From the NCBI GenBank assembly GCA_048939245.1, contig JBHLPR010000022.1, positions 1 through 35,526 of the forward strand: DNA of 35,526 nt, written 5' to 3'. Position 1 is the stretch's first letter; each line of letters starts with the position of its first letter. Source of the stretch: Promethearchaeota archaeon. Lineage in GTDB: Archaea; Asgardarchaeota; Hermodarchaeia; Hermodarchaeales; Hermodarchaeaceae. The notes beneath the pieces were generated by a model. That model saw nothing but the letters and a program-made list of their open reading frames with translations, made no database searches and was not told the origin of the DNA. Shown one piece after another: positions 24,903 to 35,526 of the stretch. Position numbers and translations under genes: made by a program.

Positions 24903-26837
24903 GTGGGTGTCCTATTGCCAGTTCATATCGAAGATGATTTATTTTTTGACGAAAAGAACGTTGTCCATAATCCCGATGATCAATGGTTTATTCAGTACCT
25001 CAAACCTTACTACATGCAAACCATTGATAGTCAATACCTGTTTGGGAGTACTCAAGCGGGGCGTCGACCCGATCGTGCTTTTTATGTGATTCCTAAGGGT
25101 TACAAACTCGGAAAAGGACAACGTAGTTTTGACCGAAAGATTGGTCTTCAATTGTTCGAAGTAGTCCTCCGTTATCTGAAAAATGCTAATGTGATTGTCC
25201 AGGATGGCATTCAAGGGGAAGGAGAATATAAGACTGGGCTCCGTGTTGTGCTTAGCGTGGAAAATCCTCAGACCGCGTATATCACCTGGTTTGGCCGGCT
25301 TATGATTTACCCACCCGAGCAGGATATGGCTATTCACTGCTGGAACTATATTGTCCAAGAACGGCTACCCGATGAAGCCATCAAAGAAATTCAGGAATTT
25401 TGGCCAGAGTTCGACCCTGATGAACCTCTTACACTTTATGATTTAACTCGAATGGACCAGGACCATCGTCGGGTTATGAGTTTGCGTGTCGACTATTTTG
25501 GAGGTGCGTTCAAAAAACCAAATCTAACAATGGTCTGGAATCGCGGAGAAGCCGATGGTTGTGTCTCCTATCATGCGGGCTGTACCAGCACACGGGTTCT
25601 CAAAGGACTTTCTGGCACTGGAAAAACCACATTAACAGTTGGACCACACCTAGAACAAGACGATGCCATTCTTGGTCTCCCAACCCATGATGCTACCTCA
25701 AAAATCAACGAGATGCAACTAATTGGGCTTGAAGCAGCTTCCTACGCGAAAAGCGAAGGTTTAGTTCCTGATAGCCCTGAATGGCCTGGCCTCATGAAAT
25801 CGAAGACCACTCAACCTGATGGCTCTCGGACTATTGTTCTAGCGCAAAATATCGATTGTGAAGGCATCGAATACAAAATTGAACAAATCGCGGGACATCA
25901 TGTCAAAGTCCCACGGCCCCTCTCTGGTCAACAGGTGGGACATCTTCAACCCACTCGCTATGAACAATCTGGCACCACAAATGGTCGATTTGTCTTTCGA
26001 TTTTATGATTTGAACCCTAACTGGACACCCGGCTCAAAGAAGAAATTACGAACTGAAATGCTTTCATTTCGACGCTTTGACATCTTCCCTTTGGTTGTCC
26101 GAATCATTGATCCCACAATGGCGGTGGCCCTCGACTCCGCTTGTGAATCTGTTATCACTTCCGCCGTTGGCGGCAAAATCCCGGGTACCCGGGTTCGTTC
26201 CTATGCAGCAACAGATTTCATGGCCAGGGAGCAAAGTCATCAAGCTCTGTTGAAACTGCAAATGTATTCAGATTTGAACCTCGATCTTAATGGAGAACTA
26301 GTCTTTGCTATTGTCAATTCCGGTTATGTAGGGGAGTTTGACCTCGATGGTAATCAACGTCGTCAACTGGACGAAAATGGCGACCCCATTCAAAAAATGG
26401 ACGAAGCAACCGGAAAACCTTATCTCAACGCCCAAGGCAAACCTACCTACTTGGGACTCGGAGAAAAAGTGAAGGTCAACGACACGAAACTACTTGTAAA
26501 ACTCACCGAAACCCGTGCAATCAAAACCTGGCTTCCACACCCCGTATTCGGTGATGCTTATCTCATTCCAGATCCCACCGAACTAGAAAAAACACATGGA
26601 CTACCTGATTATCGAAAACGGTTCAATCCCCTTCGCTTCTATTCGCCTAAAGAATACCTAGCCTTCTGCAAACGTGATATTAATGAACGAACAGTCTACC
26701 TCTCTGACCTCTTCTCTGGACAAGAACATGCAGAAGAACTTCATGATGTTATAAATATCTGGACGCAGGTGAAATTACCCACAGAAAACACCATTCAGAC
26801 CTTCTATGATGCCCACTTTGGATTAATAAACGACTAA
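24903..26837 (+). CDS. Divergent ATP-dependent PEP carboxykinase-like protein
   Basis: YFGGAFKK (cf. YAGEMKK), SYHAGC metal His, GLSGTGKTTL P-loop, QDD, TTNGR. Confidence 0.65.
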   Translation: MGVLLPVHIEDDLFFDEKNVVHNPDDQWFIQYLKPYYMQTIDSQYLFGSTQAGRRPDRAFYVIPKGYKLGKGQRSFDRKIGLQLFEVVLRYLKNANVIVQDGIQGEGEYKTGLRVVLSVENPQTAYITWFGRLMIYPPEQDMAIHCWNYIVQERLPDEAIKEIQEFWPEFDPDEPLTLYDLTRMDQDHRRVMSLRVDYFGGAFKKPNLTMVWNRGEADGCVSYHAGCTSTRVLKGLSGTGKTTLTVGPHLEQDDAILGLPTHDATSKINEMQLIGLEAASYAKSEGLVPDSPEWPGLMKSKTTQPDGSRTIVLAQNIDCEGIEYKIEQIAGHHVKVPRPLSGQQVGHLQPTRYEQSGTTNGRFVFRFYDLNPNWTPGSKKKLRTEMLSFRRFDIFPLVVRIIDPTMAVALDSACESVITSAVGGKIPGTRVRSYAATDFMAREQSHQALLKLQMYSDLNLDLNGELVFAIVNSGYVGEFDLDGNQRRQLDENGDPIQKMDEATGKPYLNAQGKPTYLGLGEKVKVNDTKLLVKLTETRAIKTWLPHPVFGDAYLIPDPTELEKTHGLPDYRKRFNPLRFYSPKEYLAFCKRDINERTVYLSDLFSGQEHAEELHDVINIWTQVKLPTENTIQTFYDAHFGLIND

Positions 26838-26935
26838 GAGACCATCGCGATTCCGCTTCCGTCAACATCCATCGTTTTCTCTCAATAATAATCAGTATAA
26901 ACAAAATTAATCACCAAAGAAATCGAAGTAGTATC

Positions 26936-27682
26936 ATGTATCGGAGTTTCGCACGGTTATACACGGATGGGGATTTCCCGCAATTTAGCATACGAATCGC
27001 TGAATTTCTTCCCGCCATTTTCGAGGAATACCATATTCACCCAAAAACGATACTGGATCTAGCATGTGGTGAAGGCTCATTTGCCGTGGCGATGACTAAA
27101 CAGGGGTTTCAAGTAACTGGAGTCGATCAATCACCTGATATGATTGCCTTTGCCCGCAAAAAGGCTCAAAGCGAAAGGTTATCCATTCCGCTCTTTGAGA
27201 TGGATATCAGAAAATTAGTCCTCGATGCGTCTTTTGACGTGGTCACATGCTGGTTTGATAGTCTCAACTATCTACTTACTTTGGATGACCTTGAAACCAC
27301 ATTCATTAAGGCCGCTCAGCACCTGAATCCCGACGGGTTCTTCTTTTTTGATATGAATACAGTTTATTGGTTAACTACTCTTGCTGAACGCTATGCTGTA
27401 ACCCTTGAACGTGAAACGGAGGACATTTTCCAAGTGCATCGGCATTCTTTTGACGAGGATACTCGCATCGCTACCTTCGAAATCACCGGGTTCATCAAGG
27501 ATAATGACTGCTGGAAACGACATGTTGACGAGACTCACCATGAACGCGGATACACCCTTGACGAGATTCGTGCCTGTCTAAACAAAGCGGAACTCACTGA
27601 ACTTGCTTGCTATGGGGAACTCGAAGAACGGCTCCCCTATACTTCTAACAGCAAACGGGTTTGGTTTATAACCAAGAAATAA
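26936..27682 (+). CDS. Class I SAM-dependent methyltransferase
   Basis: ILDLACGEG, GVDQSPDM, FDVVTCWFDSLNY, LNPDGFFFFD. Confidence 0.92.
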   Translation: MYRSFARLYTDGDFPQFSIRIAEFLPAIFEEYHIHPKTILDLACGEGSFAVAMTKQGFQVTGVDQSPDMIAFARKKAQSERLSIPLFEMDIRKLVLDASFDVVTCWFDSLNYLLTLDDLETTFIKAAQHLNPDGFFFFDMNTVYWLTTLAERYAVTLERETEDIFQVHRHSFDEDTRIATFEITGFIKDNDCWKRHVDETHHERGYTLDEIRACLNKAELTELACYGELEERLPYTSNSKRVWFITKK

Positions 27683-27683
27683 T

Positions 27684-28040
27684 TCACTTACTTCTTAGTG
27701 CAAGCGCGTTCTGGTAACTTTTCATTACCCAAGGCATCACTTTTTCCAATGAAGCTTTATCTTTGATAGGGAGTTGCACCCATTTTTTCATCATGCGTTG
27801 GTCAGATTCGAACGACTTAGCCCCAGGTGCGTTGTAGGCATCTACTTGCTCGTCTTCAGACAATCGAGTGAGCACAACACTATCTGTTACTAATATTGCA
27901 AATAGCTTCTCGTCAGCCTTGTAACAAGGACAACCAAACATCTTATTCGTCGACAAATGGGGGTGCTGCAAGATTTCATCTTCGAATTCTTCGCGAATCT
28001 GCTTCATCTTGTCTTCAGAGTAAAATTTCATAGCGACCAA
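27684..28040 (-). CDS. TfoX N-terminal/DUF419-like protein
   Basis: KMFGCPCY...KLFA and MKKWVQL motifs. Confidence 0.7.
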   Translation of the reverse strand: MVAMKFYSEDKMKQIREEFEDEILQHPHLSTNKMFGCPCYKADEKLFAILVTDSVVLTRLSEDEQVDAYNAPGAKSFESDQRMMKKWVQLPIKDKASLEKVMPWVMKSYQNALALRSK

Positions 28041-28138
28041 CTCCGGTATGGCTAACAGCCTTTCTTCTCTGCTTTATAGATAATTTTAACAAGCCATTCC
28101 ATATAAGACATTTAAGACCTACAGACACCTGAGAACTG

Positions 28139-29347
28139 GTGGCGCTAATGGAAATCCGAAAACTCACTAAAAAAGATATGACCCAGGTTATCAAACTCCA
28201 CCAATACGCCTACGGCTTCTGGACCGACCAGGAAGTCCGCGACGAAGATCACGAATACATTATTCCTGAAAACGTCATTGGGCTCTATGAAAACGATAAG
28301 CTGCTTTCCGTTCTTACCATTATGAGAACTCAACAATCTATTCGCGGGGTCCTAAAGGGCATGGGCGGTATTTCCATGGTCGGTACCTATCCTGAAGCCC
28401 GCATGAAAGGCTATGTTCGCACCATCATGCAAACCGCGTTCCTAGAAATGAAAGAGACTGGACTTTCTGTGAGTATGCTCGAACCGTTCAGAGAAACCTT
28501 TTACTCGCGCCTAGGCTATGTTCCAGCCCAAGATAAATTTCGGCTAAAGGCTCCACTCGACGGGCTACGTGTCCCATCCGATAAAGCCATCGAAAGTGAT
28601 TGGGAATTTGAACGGGTTTCGGGATATGAGGCTAAAGATGCGTATATGACCTTTATCCAGGATTTTGCACCATCCTCATTTCACGGTTATGCATTTAATC
28701 CAGAGATTAGTGATGAGGATTGGAAGCGTCGAAACAAGAACCGTCACTACGTCTTCATTAAAAAACGCGGAAAAGTCGAAGCGCTTGCTCGCTACCAGAT
28801 CAAAGGCTACATGCATTTTGAAGACCCGGGTGAACTAGTCGTCGAAGAACTATACTGGCGCACTCTTCCTGCCCGAGCCGCGCTCTTCAATTACTTGGGG
28901 AAACATCAGGACCAGATTCAAATCCTTCGTATGATTTTGCCATTTGGTATTGACTTCCAGCACTGGTTTGAAGACCTTAAAGATTGGATTGAAATCAAAG
29001 TTTGGCATCCCTGGATGGTTCGTATCATCGACGTTAAGGAAGCTCTCGAAGGGCTTCCTGCGCCCGTTGATGGTGAATTATCCCTCTTAATTTCTGATCC
29101 GCAATGTGGCTGGAATAATGGAACCTACCTTATCCAAGCTACAAATGAACAGCTTTCAGTAAGTTCGACGAGGCGATCTGCTCAACTCGAATGCACTATA
29201 CACGGACTCAGTGCACTGGTCTACGGCACCCATTCCCTTGATGCCCTAGAATATGCGAATTGGCTTAAAGGGCTCAACAAGCAACACCGTGAACTCCTCC
29301 AAAACTGGTTCCCACAGTTACCGCTTTACAACCCTTACAATTTCTAA
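28139..29347 (+). CDS. Eis-family GNAT acetyltransferase, paralog 2
   Basis: GGISMVGTYPEARMKG, FYSRLGY, DPQCGWNNG and a C-terminal Phe. Confidence 0.9.
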   Translation: MALMEIRKLTKKDMTQVIKLHQYAYGFWTDQEVRDEDHEYIIPENVIGLYENDKLLSVLTIMRTQQSIRGVLKGMGGISMVGTYPEARMKGYVRTIMQTAFLEMKETGLSVSMLEPFRETFYSRLGYVPAQDKFRLKAPLDGLRVPSDKAIESDWEFERVSGYEAKDAYMTFIQDFAPSSFHGYAFNPEISDEDWKRRNKNRHYVFIKKRGKVEALARYQIKGYMHFEDPGELVVEELYWRTLPARAALFNYLGKHQDQIQILRMILPFGIDFQHWFEDLKDWIEIKVWHPWMVRIIDVKEALEGLPAPVDGELSLLISDPQCGWNNGTYLIQATNEQLSVSSTRRSAQLECTIHGLSALVYGTHSLDALEYANWLKGLNKQHRELLQNWFPQLPLYNPYNF

Positions 29348-29426
29348 TTACTGAGTCGATTTTCGCCCATAAGATGCATCGCTCGTTTTGTATTAATTTT
29401 TAGAAGTCTTTGAAAAAAAAATCATT

Positions 29427-30914
29427 TCAATCCGTTTCAATATTGACGATTCTTGTCTGGATGAGTGGTATTCGGTTCTGTTGATTTATTTCCTCAAGGA
29501 GTCTGATTCCATCAATCAATTCAAAGGGTGCGATTATCCCTCCCGTTTGTAGCACTTGTTGAATTGTTCTGTCGAATGCGGTTTTAAAATCAGATGCGAG
29601 GAAAAATTCAGGTTGAGATGATAATGCAGCTTGTGGGGGCTGCTGTAATAATGCCATGGCAAGTAATACGGTGGGCCATCCTGTCAAATGTTGCATTGCT
29701 GTCAAGCCCTTTGGACTGCCAGTTGGGGCATCATCATGTAATGCAATCAACTCCACGGTATGTGGGTGCGAAGTGGATGTAGCTTGAGCCCAGACTCTAA
29801 GCAAGACCAAGTCTGGATATCCTGAAATGGTTGGATCATTCATATGTTGTCTCCATTGGGCGAGGATTGATGTTAATCGTCCTTTCTGTTGCATTTCTTT
29901 CCAAGTATCATAATGTGGGGCAAAACGGAGGGTTTTGTATTCTAGGTGGGATACGGTGCTTTGAAATCGGTGTTCAAAACACATTCGAGAGGTGCCATCA
30001 GCGGTTGGACGGGCTTCAAGGTTCTTTAAAAGCAACTCATTATTAGTTGTTTGTAGAAATTGGGCTTCAACTCGGTCAATCAGGATAGCTCTAAGTCTGG
30101 GATCTGTGATTGAAAATGGCGTAACACCATAAGGTTGGGGGGTTTCTTCGGGTGATTCCCAATATTCAGGTTGAGTAAATGTCGTAGGTGTTACTAATTG
30201 CCCATTGCGAAGTCCATAAGCGGTGTTCTCGTATTCAAAGAGGAGTCCCTCGGGTGAAAATGTGGGACCATAATGTAGCTTTCCTCCTTTTGCAGTATGT
30301 TGGGGAAGCCCCCCGACGCGCATTTGCACGGAGTTAATCTTCTTTCCTTTATTCAGGCTTCGTGCTTTGTGATACATGCTCATCGCTAGAATGTTTGCTA
30401 ATCCGGGTGCAAGTCCATTTTCTTGGATGATGCGGGTGCCTTCTTCCTTCTTAGCAATTGTTGCATCAAGAGTCGCCAGCTCTTGTATAGGTGGCAGGTT
30501 TTGGCCTAAATCGAGGTAATCGCATCCAAGTTCTCGTGCTAGGGGGATATACATCTCGTGAGCCATATAGGTAGCAGCATTCAGGATTAAGCGGGGACAA
30601 ATCTGTTGAACAGCCTTCGACACAAGGTTTGAAGTCTTTCGGAAATCTACTCCTTTATCCTTTATTTGTAAACCACTCGTCACTTGTTTCTCGGATTTGG
30701 AGAATACTTCACGAAGTGATCGAATAGTTCCTGAAATATGGTTATTAGAAACATCTTGTTGGCATTGTGTTTCTGCAGGCAGATATGGGTCAAATATCCA
30801 AAGCTCAAAGGGAAAGCGTTGGCGGTTCTGCTCCATTAGGAGCATCTGCGCGATACCACTCCCCATTCGACCGCATCCAATGAGAAGCACACAAGGAATT
30901 GCCATGCACAACAC
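29427..30914 (-). CDS. Saccharopine dehydrogenase / lysine 6-dehydrogenase-like oxidoreductase
   Basis: IGCGRMG, YLDLG, GLAPGLAN, RVGGLPQ, FSPEGLLFEY, EYKTLR, TAMQHLTG. Confidence 0.85.
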   Translation of the reverse strand: MLCMAIPCVLLIGCGRMGSGIAQMLLMEQNRQRFPFELWIFDPYLPAETQCQQDVSNNHISGTIRSLREVFSKSEKQVTSGLQIKDKGVDFRKTSNLVSKAVQQICPRLILNAATYMAHEMYIPLARELGCDYLDLGQNLPPIQELATLDATIAKKEEGTRIIQENGLAPGLANILAMSMYHKARSLNKGKKINSVQMRVGGLPQHTAKGGKLHYGPTFSPEGLLFEYENTAYGLRNGQLVTPTTFTQPEYWESPEETPQPYGVTPFSITDPRLRAILIDRVEAQFLQTTNNELLLKNLEARPTADGTSRMCFEHRFQSTVSHLEYKTLRFAPHYDTWKEMQQKGRLTSILAQWRQHMNDPTISGYPDLVLLRVWAQATSTSHPHTVELIALHDDAPTGSPKGLTAMQHLTGWPTVLLAMALLQQPPQAALSSQPEFFLASDFKTAFDRTIQQVLQTGGIIAPFELIDGIRLLEEINQQNRIPLIQTRIVNIETD

Positions 30915-30980
30915 GTTGCTTCTAAATTAATTACGCTTGTCTGGCTTTGTTTAAGCTGATAAGGTTGTTGCACAGGTGTC

Positions 30981-31001
30981 ACACTTGATTTTTTCAAGTG
31001 T
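30981..31001. promoter_or_regulatory. Perfect inverted repeat in the divergent region upstream of uvrB (operator candidate)
   Basis: ACACTTGA-TTTTT-TCAAGTGT. Confidence 0.4.
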
Positions 31002-31094
31002 AAATCGGGGAAAGGGGCTCCTTAGCTATCACGGACAGTCCGTAAGAATGATAAACCTGAGTGCCTTGTTTCGACTGGGAGGCGCAACGACTTA

Positions 31095-33104
31095 GTGGCC
31101 ACTTCACGTCGATTCAAACTCAATCCAGATTATTCACCACGCGGTGATCAACCTAAAGCGATCACTAAGCTCATTGAAGGCTATAAAACTGGCAAGCAAC
31201 AACAAACTCTACTCGGTGTGACAGGGTCTGGCAAAACCTTCACCGTTGCCTCTATTGTTGAAGCGCTACAAAAGCCCACGCTTGTCATTGCTCCAAACAA
31301 GACCTTAGCGGCACAATTGACCAGTATGTTCCGTGAATACTTTCCCAATAACGCCGTGGAATATTACACCTCCTACTACGATTACTTTCAACCGGAAGCC
31401 TACATGCCCGCCCCGGACCTCTATATCGAAAAAGATGCGTCCATCAACGAGGAAGTTGAACGGATGCGATTATCCGCCGTGGCTTCTCTCGCGGTACGAA
31501 CAGATGTATTGATTGTGGCTACCGTCTCATGCATCTACGGCATCGGAGCCCCTGGTTCATATCGAAACCTTGTAGTAGAACTAGAAAAAGGTCAGGAAAT
31601 CCCCCGTGATGAACTCTTTGCCCGCTTAGTTCATATCAATTATACGCGGAACGATTTTGATTTCCATAGGGGAACCTTTCGCGTTCGCGGTGAAGTAATC
31701 GAAATTTTTCCCGCTTATGCAAACCACCCAATTCGCCTAGAAACCTTTGGAGACACAATCGACAGCATCTCAGACATCGCTCCAGTGAAAGGCACGGTGC
31801 TCTATGAACGGGAGAAGGTCAAGATTTTCCCTGCTAAGCAATTCACTACAGATCAGAGGATGCTGCCCGAGGTTTTAGACCAAATTGAAAATGATTTAGA
31901 AATACGTTTGAAAGAATTGGAAGAACAAAACAAAATTCTTGAGGCAGACCGCCTACGACGGCGGGTGAAATACGATATTGAAATGATGCGATCCGTGGGT
32001 TGGACCGGGGGCATTGAGAATTATTCGCGTTATTTCGATGGACGAAAAGAAGGCCAAAAACCCTACTGCTTATTAGATCATTATCCCGAAGACTTTCTCC
32101 TCGTCATCGATGAATCTCATATCACAGTTCCACAAATCGGAGGCATGTATCATGGCGATTTGTCACGAAAACGCAACCTCGTGGATTACGGTTTCCGTCT
32201 CCCTGCGGCATACGACAATCGACCCTTAACCTTTGAAGAATTCGAGCCCTATATGCGCACTGTTCTATATACATCAGCAACACCTGCTAAATACGAACGA
32301 AAACATTCCAATCAGATAGTAGAACAGATTGTACGACCAACCGGCTTAGTTGACCCCAAAATCATCGTGCGTCCAACGGAAGGGCAAGTGGAAGATCTCT
32401 TGGGAGAAATCCGTGACCGTGCCAAGAAGGATGAACGAGCCTTAGTGACCACTTTGACCAAGCGTATGGCCGAAGATTTATCTGATTATATGGTGCACGC
32501 CGGTGTTAAAGCGGAATATCTACACTCGGAGGTTGGTACACTCGAACGGATTGAGGTGCTTCGCAATCTTCGCCGTGGGAAGTATGAAGTGGTCGTTGGC
32601 ATTAACCTCCTGCGTGAAGGGCTTGATCTTCCCGAAGTCTCCTTAGTGGCTATTCTTGATGCTGATAAGGAAGGGTTTCTTCGGTCGGATACGAGTTTAA
32701 TTCAGATTATGGGTCGGGCAAGCCGGAATGTGCGCGGAACGGTGATTTTGTACGCAGACCGAATGACTGATTCAATGAAGCGCGCAATTGGTGAGAATAA
32801 TCGTCGCCGTGAAATGCAAATCGCTTATAACAAAGAACATGGCATCACACCTACCACCATTGTGAAATCCATATCTGACATCGCTGAAGGGGTCGAGCGT
32901 GTCGCTGCTGAATCACGAACTAAGGTCCGAGTACCGAAAAACTGGCGAACAGCTGATGAAAGTGATTTAGCTTTGTTAATTGTAGAATTGCGGGAAGAGA
33001 TGTTACAAGCGGCAGAGGAATTAGAGTTTGAACGTGCCGCCGAGTTACGGGATTTGATCAATGAGATTGAAGCCTATCTTGGGTTACAAAGCAAGTCCGC
33101 ATAG
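31095..33104 (+). CDS. uvrB: Excinuclease ABC subunit B
   Basis: GDQP, GVTGSGKT, YYDYFQPEAY beta-hairpin, DESH, GINLLREGLD and a C-terminal UVR domain (LEFERAAELRD). Confidence 0.98.
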   Translation: MATSRRFKLNPDYSPRGDQPKAITKLIEGYKTGKQQQTLLGVTGSGKTFTVASIVEALQKPTLVIAPNKTLAAQLTSMFREYFPNNAVEYYTSYYDYFQPEAYMPAPDLYIEKDASINEEVERMRLSAVASLAVRTDVLIVATVSCIYGIGAPGSYRNLVVELEKGQEIPRDELFARLVHINYTRNDFDFHRGTFRVRGEVIEIFPAYANHPIRLETFGDTIDSISDIAPVKGTVLYEREKVKIFPAKQFTTDQRMLPEVLDQIENDLEIRLKELEEQNKILEADRLRRRVKYDIEMMRSVGWTGGIENYSRYFDGRKEGQKPYCLLDHYPEDFLLVIDESHITVPQIGGMYHGDLSRKRNLVDYGFRLPAAYDNRPLTFEEFEPYMRTVLYTSATPAKYERKHSNQIVEQIVRPTGLVDPKIIVRPTEGQVEDLLGEIRDRAKKDERALVTTLTKRMAEDLSDYMVHAGVKAEYLHSEVGTLERIEVLRNLRRGKYEVVVGINLLREGLDLPEVSLVAILDADKEGFLRSDTSLIQIMGRASRNVRGTVILYADRMTDSMKRAIGENNRRREMQIAYNKEHGITPTTIVKSISDIAEGVERVAAESRTKVRVPKNWRTADESDLALLIVELREEMLQAAEELEFERAAELRDLINEIEAYLGLQSKSA

Positions 33105-33295
33105 CGTAGATTACTTTCACCTTGGTCTCCCCTCCGCTTATATGATTAAACAGATGTTCACGTGTGAGAAAGCTGATAAAGTAATTCAGCTAACCTGGCA
33201 CGCTGGACACAACTTATGGTCAGACTGGGTGTAGAACCGTAACTCTTATGGCAGCTGGTGCAATCGATGCCGCTGAGAATAAAGGTGAACGATGG

Positions 33296-35526
33296 GTGAG
33301 CGACGACAAGTACATTACCGTCAAAGGTGCGCGTGTACACAACTTGAAAAATATCACCGTGAAAATTCCACGGGACAAATACGTAGTGATAACTGGGCTC
33401 TCTGGTTCCGGCAAGTCTTCTCTCGCCTTTGATACCCTCTTTGCGGAAGGTCAGCGCCGGTATGTTGAATCCTTATCAGCCTATGCTCGGCAGTTTCTAG
33501 GTCGAATGGACAAACCCGATGTCGATTCCATCGAAGGGCTCAGCCCTGCAATTTCAATCGATCAGCGGTCTGCAGGGGGAAATCCCCGATCTACAGTAGG
33601 CACGACAACTGAAATCTATGATTACATGCGGCTACTTTGGGCACGAATCGGGATTCCACATTGCCACCAGTGCGGCCGTCAAATTTCTCCGCAGTCTGCT
33701 CAACAGATTGTACGACAGATTCTTGAGTTTGAAGAAGGAAAACGAGTTCGCATTCTCTCCCCTGTTGTTCGGGGACGAAAAGGCACTTACAAAGCGCTCT
33801 TCAAGAAGTTACAAAGCGAAGGATTCGTTCGGGTCCGTGTTGATGAGACTGATCATCGATTGGATAAGGATGAAATCGAGCTCGAGCGGTACAAGCTCCA
33901 TAATATCGAAATCATCGTTGATCGGCTCGTACTCAAACCAGCCGTAGAACAACGCCTTACGCAATCCGTAGAAACGGCTCTAGAGTTTGGTAATGGCCTT
34001 GTTATCGTCGATGTTCAAGGAGATCAGGAATATCTCTTTAGCGAATCAGCGGGCTGTCCCGTCTGTGGCATCAGCTTCCCAGATTTGGCACCCCGACTCT
34101 TCAGTTTTAATTCCCCATATGGGGCATGTCCCGAATGCAAAGGATTAGGATATACTCTAGAAGTCGACCCCGAGCTTGTAGTTCCTGATGCCACCAAGTC
34201 CATTCGTGAAGGGGCAATCGCTCCCTATCACGTTCCACTAAATGGATGGCGTCACCGAAGTCTAACCAGCATTGCCCAGCACTATGGCTTCAGCCTTGAT
34301 ACTCCTTTCAATGAATTAAGTCCAGAACATCAGCAAATCCTGCTATATGGTTCGGGTGAAGAGGAAATCCGATTTGAACATCGTGGGATCACTGAATCTG
34401 GACGCAAATGGGAATGGATTAGTGAAAAACCTACCATGGGCGTTATTCCAGGACTCAAACACCGTTACAAGTATACAAGTTCGGAAGTAGTCCGTGAATC
34501 CATTACTCGTTACATGGCCCAATTACCCTGTCCCGTTTGTAAAGGACGCAAATTACGCCCTGAAGCCTTGGCCGTTACAATTCAAGATAAGAGTATTGAC
34601 TATGTTACGAATTTTTCAATAGACGAAACACTAAGCTTCTTTGATGCCCTAAAACTCACAAAGAAGGAAGCTGCAATCGCTCGACAAACCCTCCGGGAAA
34701 TCAAGCAGCGACTACAATTTCTTTCTTCAGTCGGGCTTGATTATCTTACCTTGAACCGAAAATCTGCAACACTAGCGGGGGGTGAGGCTCAACGTGTTCG
34801 ACTTGCCACCCAAATTGGCTCCCGTCTCGTGGGTGTAACCTACATTCTCGACGAACCCAGCATCGGGTTACATATGCGTGATAATCAGCGTCTCCTCTCA
34901 ATGCTCCTACAACTGCGCGACCTCGGAAACACAGTATTGGTTGTTGAACATGATGAAGGCTTTATCCGGGCTGCAGACTGGATCATCGACTTGGGACCTA
35001 GCGCTGGTATTCATGGCGGACAGGTCGTTGCTGAAGGCACCGTAGCACAAATCGAAGCCAACTCAAACTCCATCACCGGGCAATACCTCCGAGGTGATAA
35101 ATTTATCTCGGTTCCTCCCACACGGCGCATCGGGAATGGTGCCAGTATTCAAATCAAAGGGGCACACCATCGTAACCTTAAGGATATTGATGTGACATTC
35201 CCACTTGGAACCTTCATTTGCATCACCGGGGTCTCTGGTTCCGGGAAGAGTACGCTTATCACAGATACGCTATATCCTGGTATCCTCTGGGAATTTCGAA
35301 GAAATCGTCACCGTCAATCTGATGCACTACTAGCTAGTTCGATTCAGAAACCAGGTCCTCTTAAGACAATTAAGGGTGTTAATCTCATCGATAAAGTCAT
35401 CTTAGTCGACCAATCCCCCATCGGACGAACCCCACGCTCAAATCCAGCAACCTATACTAAGGTCTTTGGTCCAATTCGGGAGTTATTCTCGAAAACTGAA
35501 GAAGCACGAAAACGTGGGTATCAGCC
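33296..35526 (+). CDS. uvrA: Excinuclease ABC subunit A (3' truncated; absent from the ORF track)
   Basis: GTG after AGGTGA (an in-frame ATG at 33248 is also possible). [29 protein letters not shown], Zn fingers, [16 protein letters not shown] and a second GVSGSGKST. Confidence 0.97.
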   Translation, partial: MSDDKYITVKGARVHNLKNITVKIPRDKYVVITGLSGSGKSSLAFDTLFAEGQRRYVESLSAYARQFLGRMDKPDVDSIEGLSPAISIDQRSAGGNPRSTVGTTTEIYDYMRLLWARIGIPHCHQCGRQISPQSAQQIVRQILEFEEGKRVRILSPVVRGRKGTYKALFKKLQSEGFVRVRVDETDHRLDKDEIELERYKLHNIEIIVDRLVLKPAVEQRLTQSVETALEFGNGLVIVDVQGDQEYLFSESAGCPVCGISFPDLAPRLFSFNSPYGACPECKGLGYTLEVDPELVVPDATKSIREGAIAPYHVPLNGWRHRSLTSIAQHYGFSLDTPFNELSPEHQQILLYGSGEEEIRFEHRGITESGRKWEWISEKPTMGVIPGLKHRYKYTSSEVVRESITRYMAQLPCPVCKGRKLRPEALAVTIQDKSIDYVTNFSIDETLSFFDALKLTKKEAAIARQTLREIKQRLQFLSSVGLDYLTLNRKSATLAGGEAQRVRLATQIGSRLVGVTYILDEPSIGLHMRDNQRLLSMLLQLRDLGNTVLVVEHDEGFIRAADWIIDLGPSAGIHGGQVVAEGTVAQIEANSNSITGQYLRGDKFISVPPTRRIGNGASIQIKGAHHRNLKDIDVTFPLGTFICITGVSGSGKSTLITDTLYPGILWEFRRNRHRQSDALLASSIQKPGPLKTIKGVNLIDKVILVDQSPIGRTPRSNPATYTKVFGPIRELFSKTEEARKRGYQ

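Noticed and set aside
714-33947. Many short antisense or alternate-frame ORFs in the track (e.g. 2975-3400, 11223-11663, 19077-19565, 33618-33947)
   Set aside because: They lie inside well-supported genes and have no motifs; treated as shadow ORFs.
1-35526. CRISPR arrays, tRNA/rRNA genes, transposases, integrases
   Set aside because: None recognised by eye, and there is no sign that the core locus sits on a mobile element.

Overview
Archaeal genomic DNA, most likely from an Asgard archaeon. This is inferred from the Rab-like GTPase fragment, the ubiquitin-type machinery and GGTGA/GGAGG Shine-Dalgarno sites. The flanks are ordinary metabolism and repair genes: S9 peptidase, malic enzyme, HAD pair, glycerate kinase, acyl-CoA synthetase alpha, QueT, PEPCK-like protein, Eis acetyltransferases and uvrB-uvrA. 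The core (about 7.9-17.5 kb) is the unusual part. It holds an apparently complete ubiquitin-like conjugation module: JAB protease, E1, E2, a Ubl ending VG-QKQ, a RING-like protein, a small disordered protein and a transglutaminase-fold enzyme. The Ubl/E2 operon is transcribed divergently from an operon encoding an Smc5/6-type SMC ATPase, a putative kleisin, an Nse1/Nse3(MAGE)-like KITE protein and a second, paralogous RING-like protein. Three proteins of the Ubl module carry repeated SUMO-interacting-motif-like (V/I-x-I-L-acidic) sequences, and a degenerate Hef/FANCM/Mph1-type helicase lies just upstream. I infer a prokaryotic counterpart of the eukaryotic Smc5/6 plus SUMO/ubiquitin-ligase system. 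Other candidates are a structured leader before queT, a structured intergenic RNA and a hidden frameshifted zinc-ribbon gene. All family calls come from reading motifs by eye; no database searches were run.
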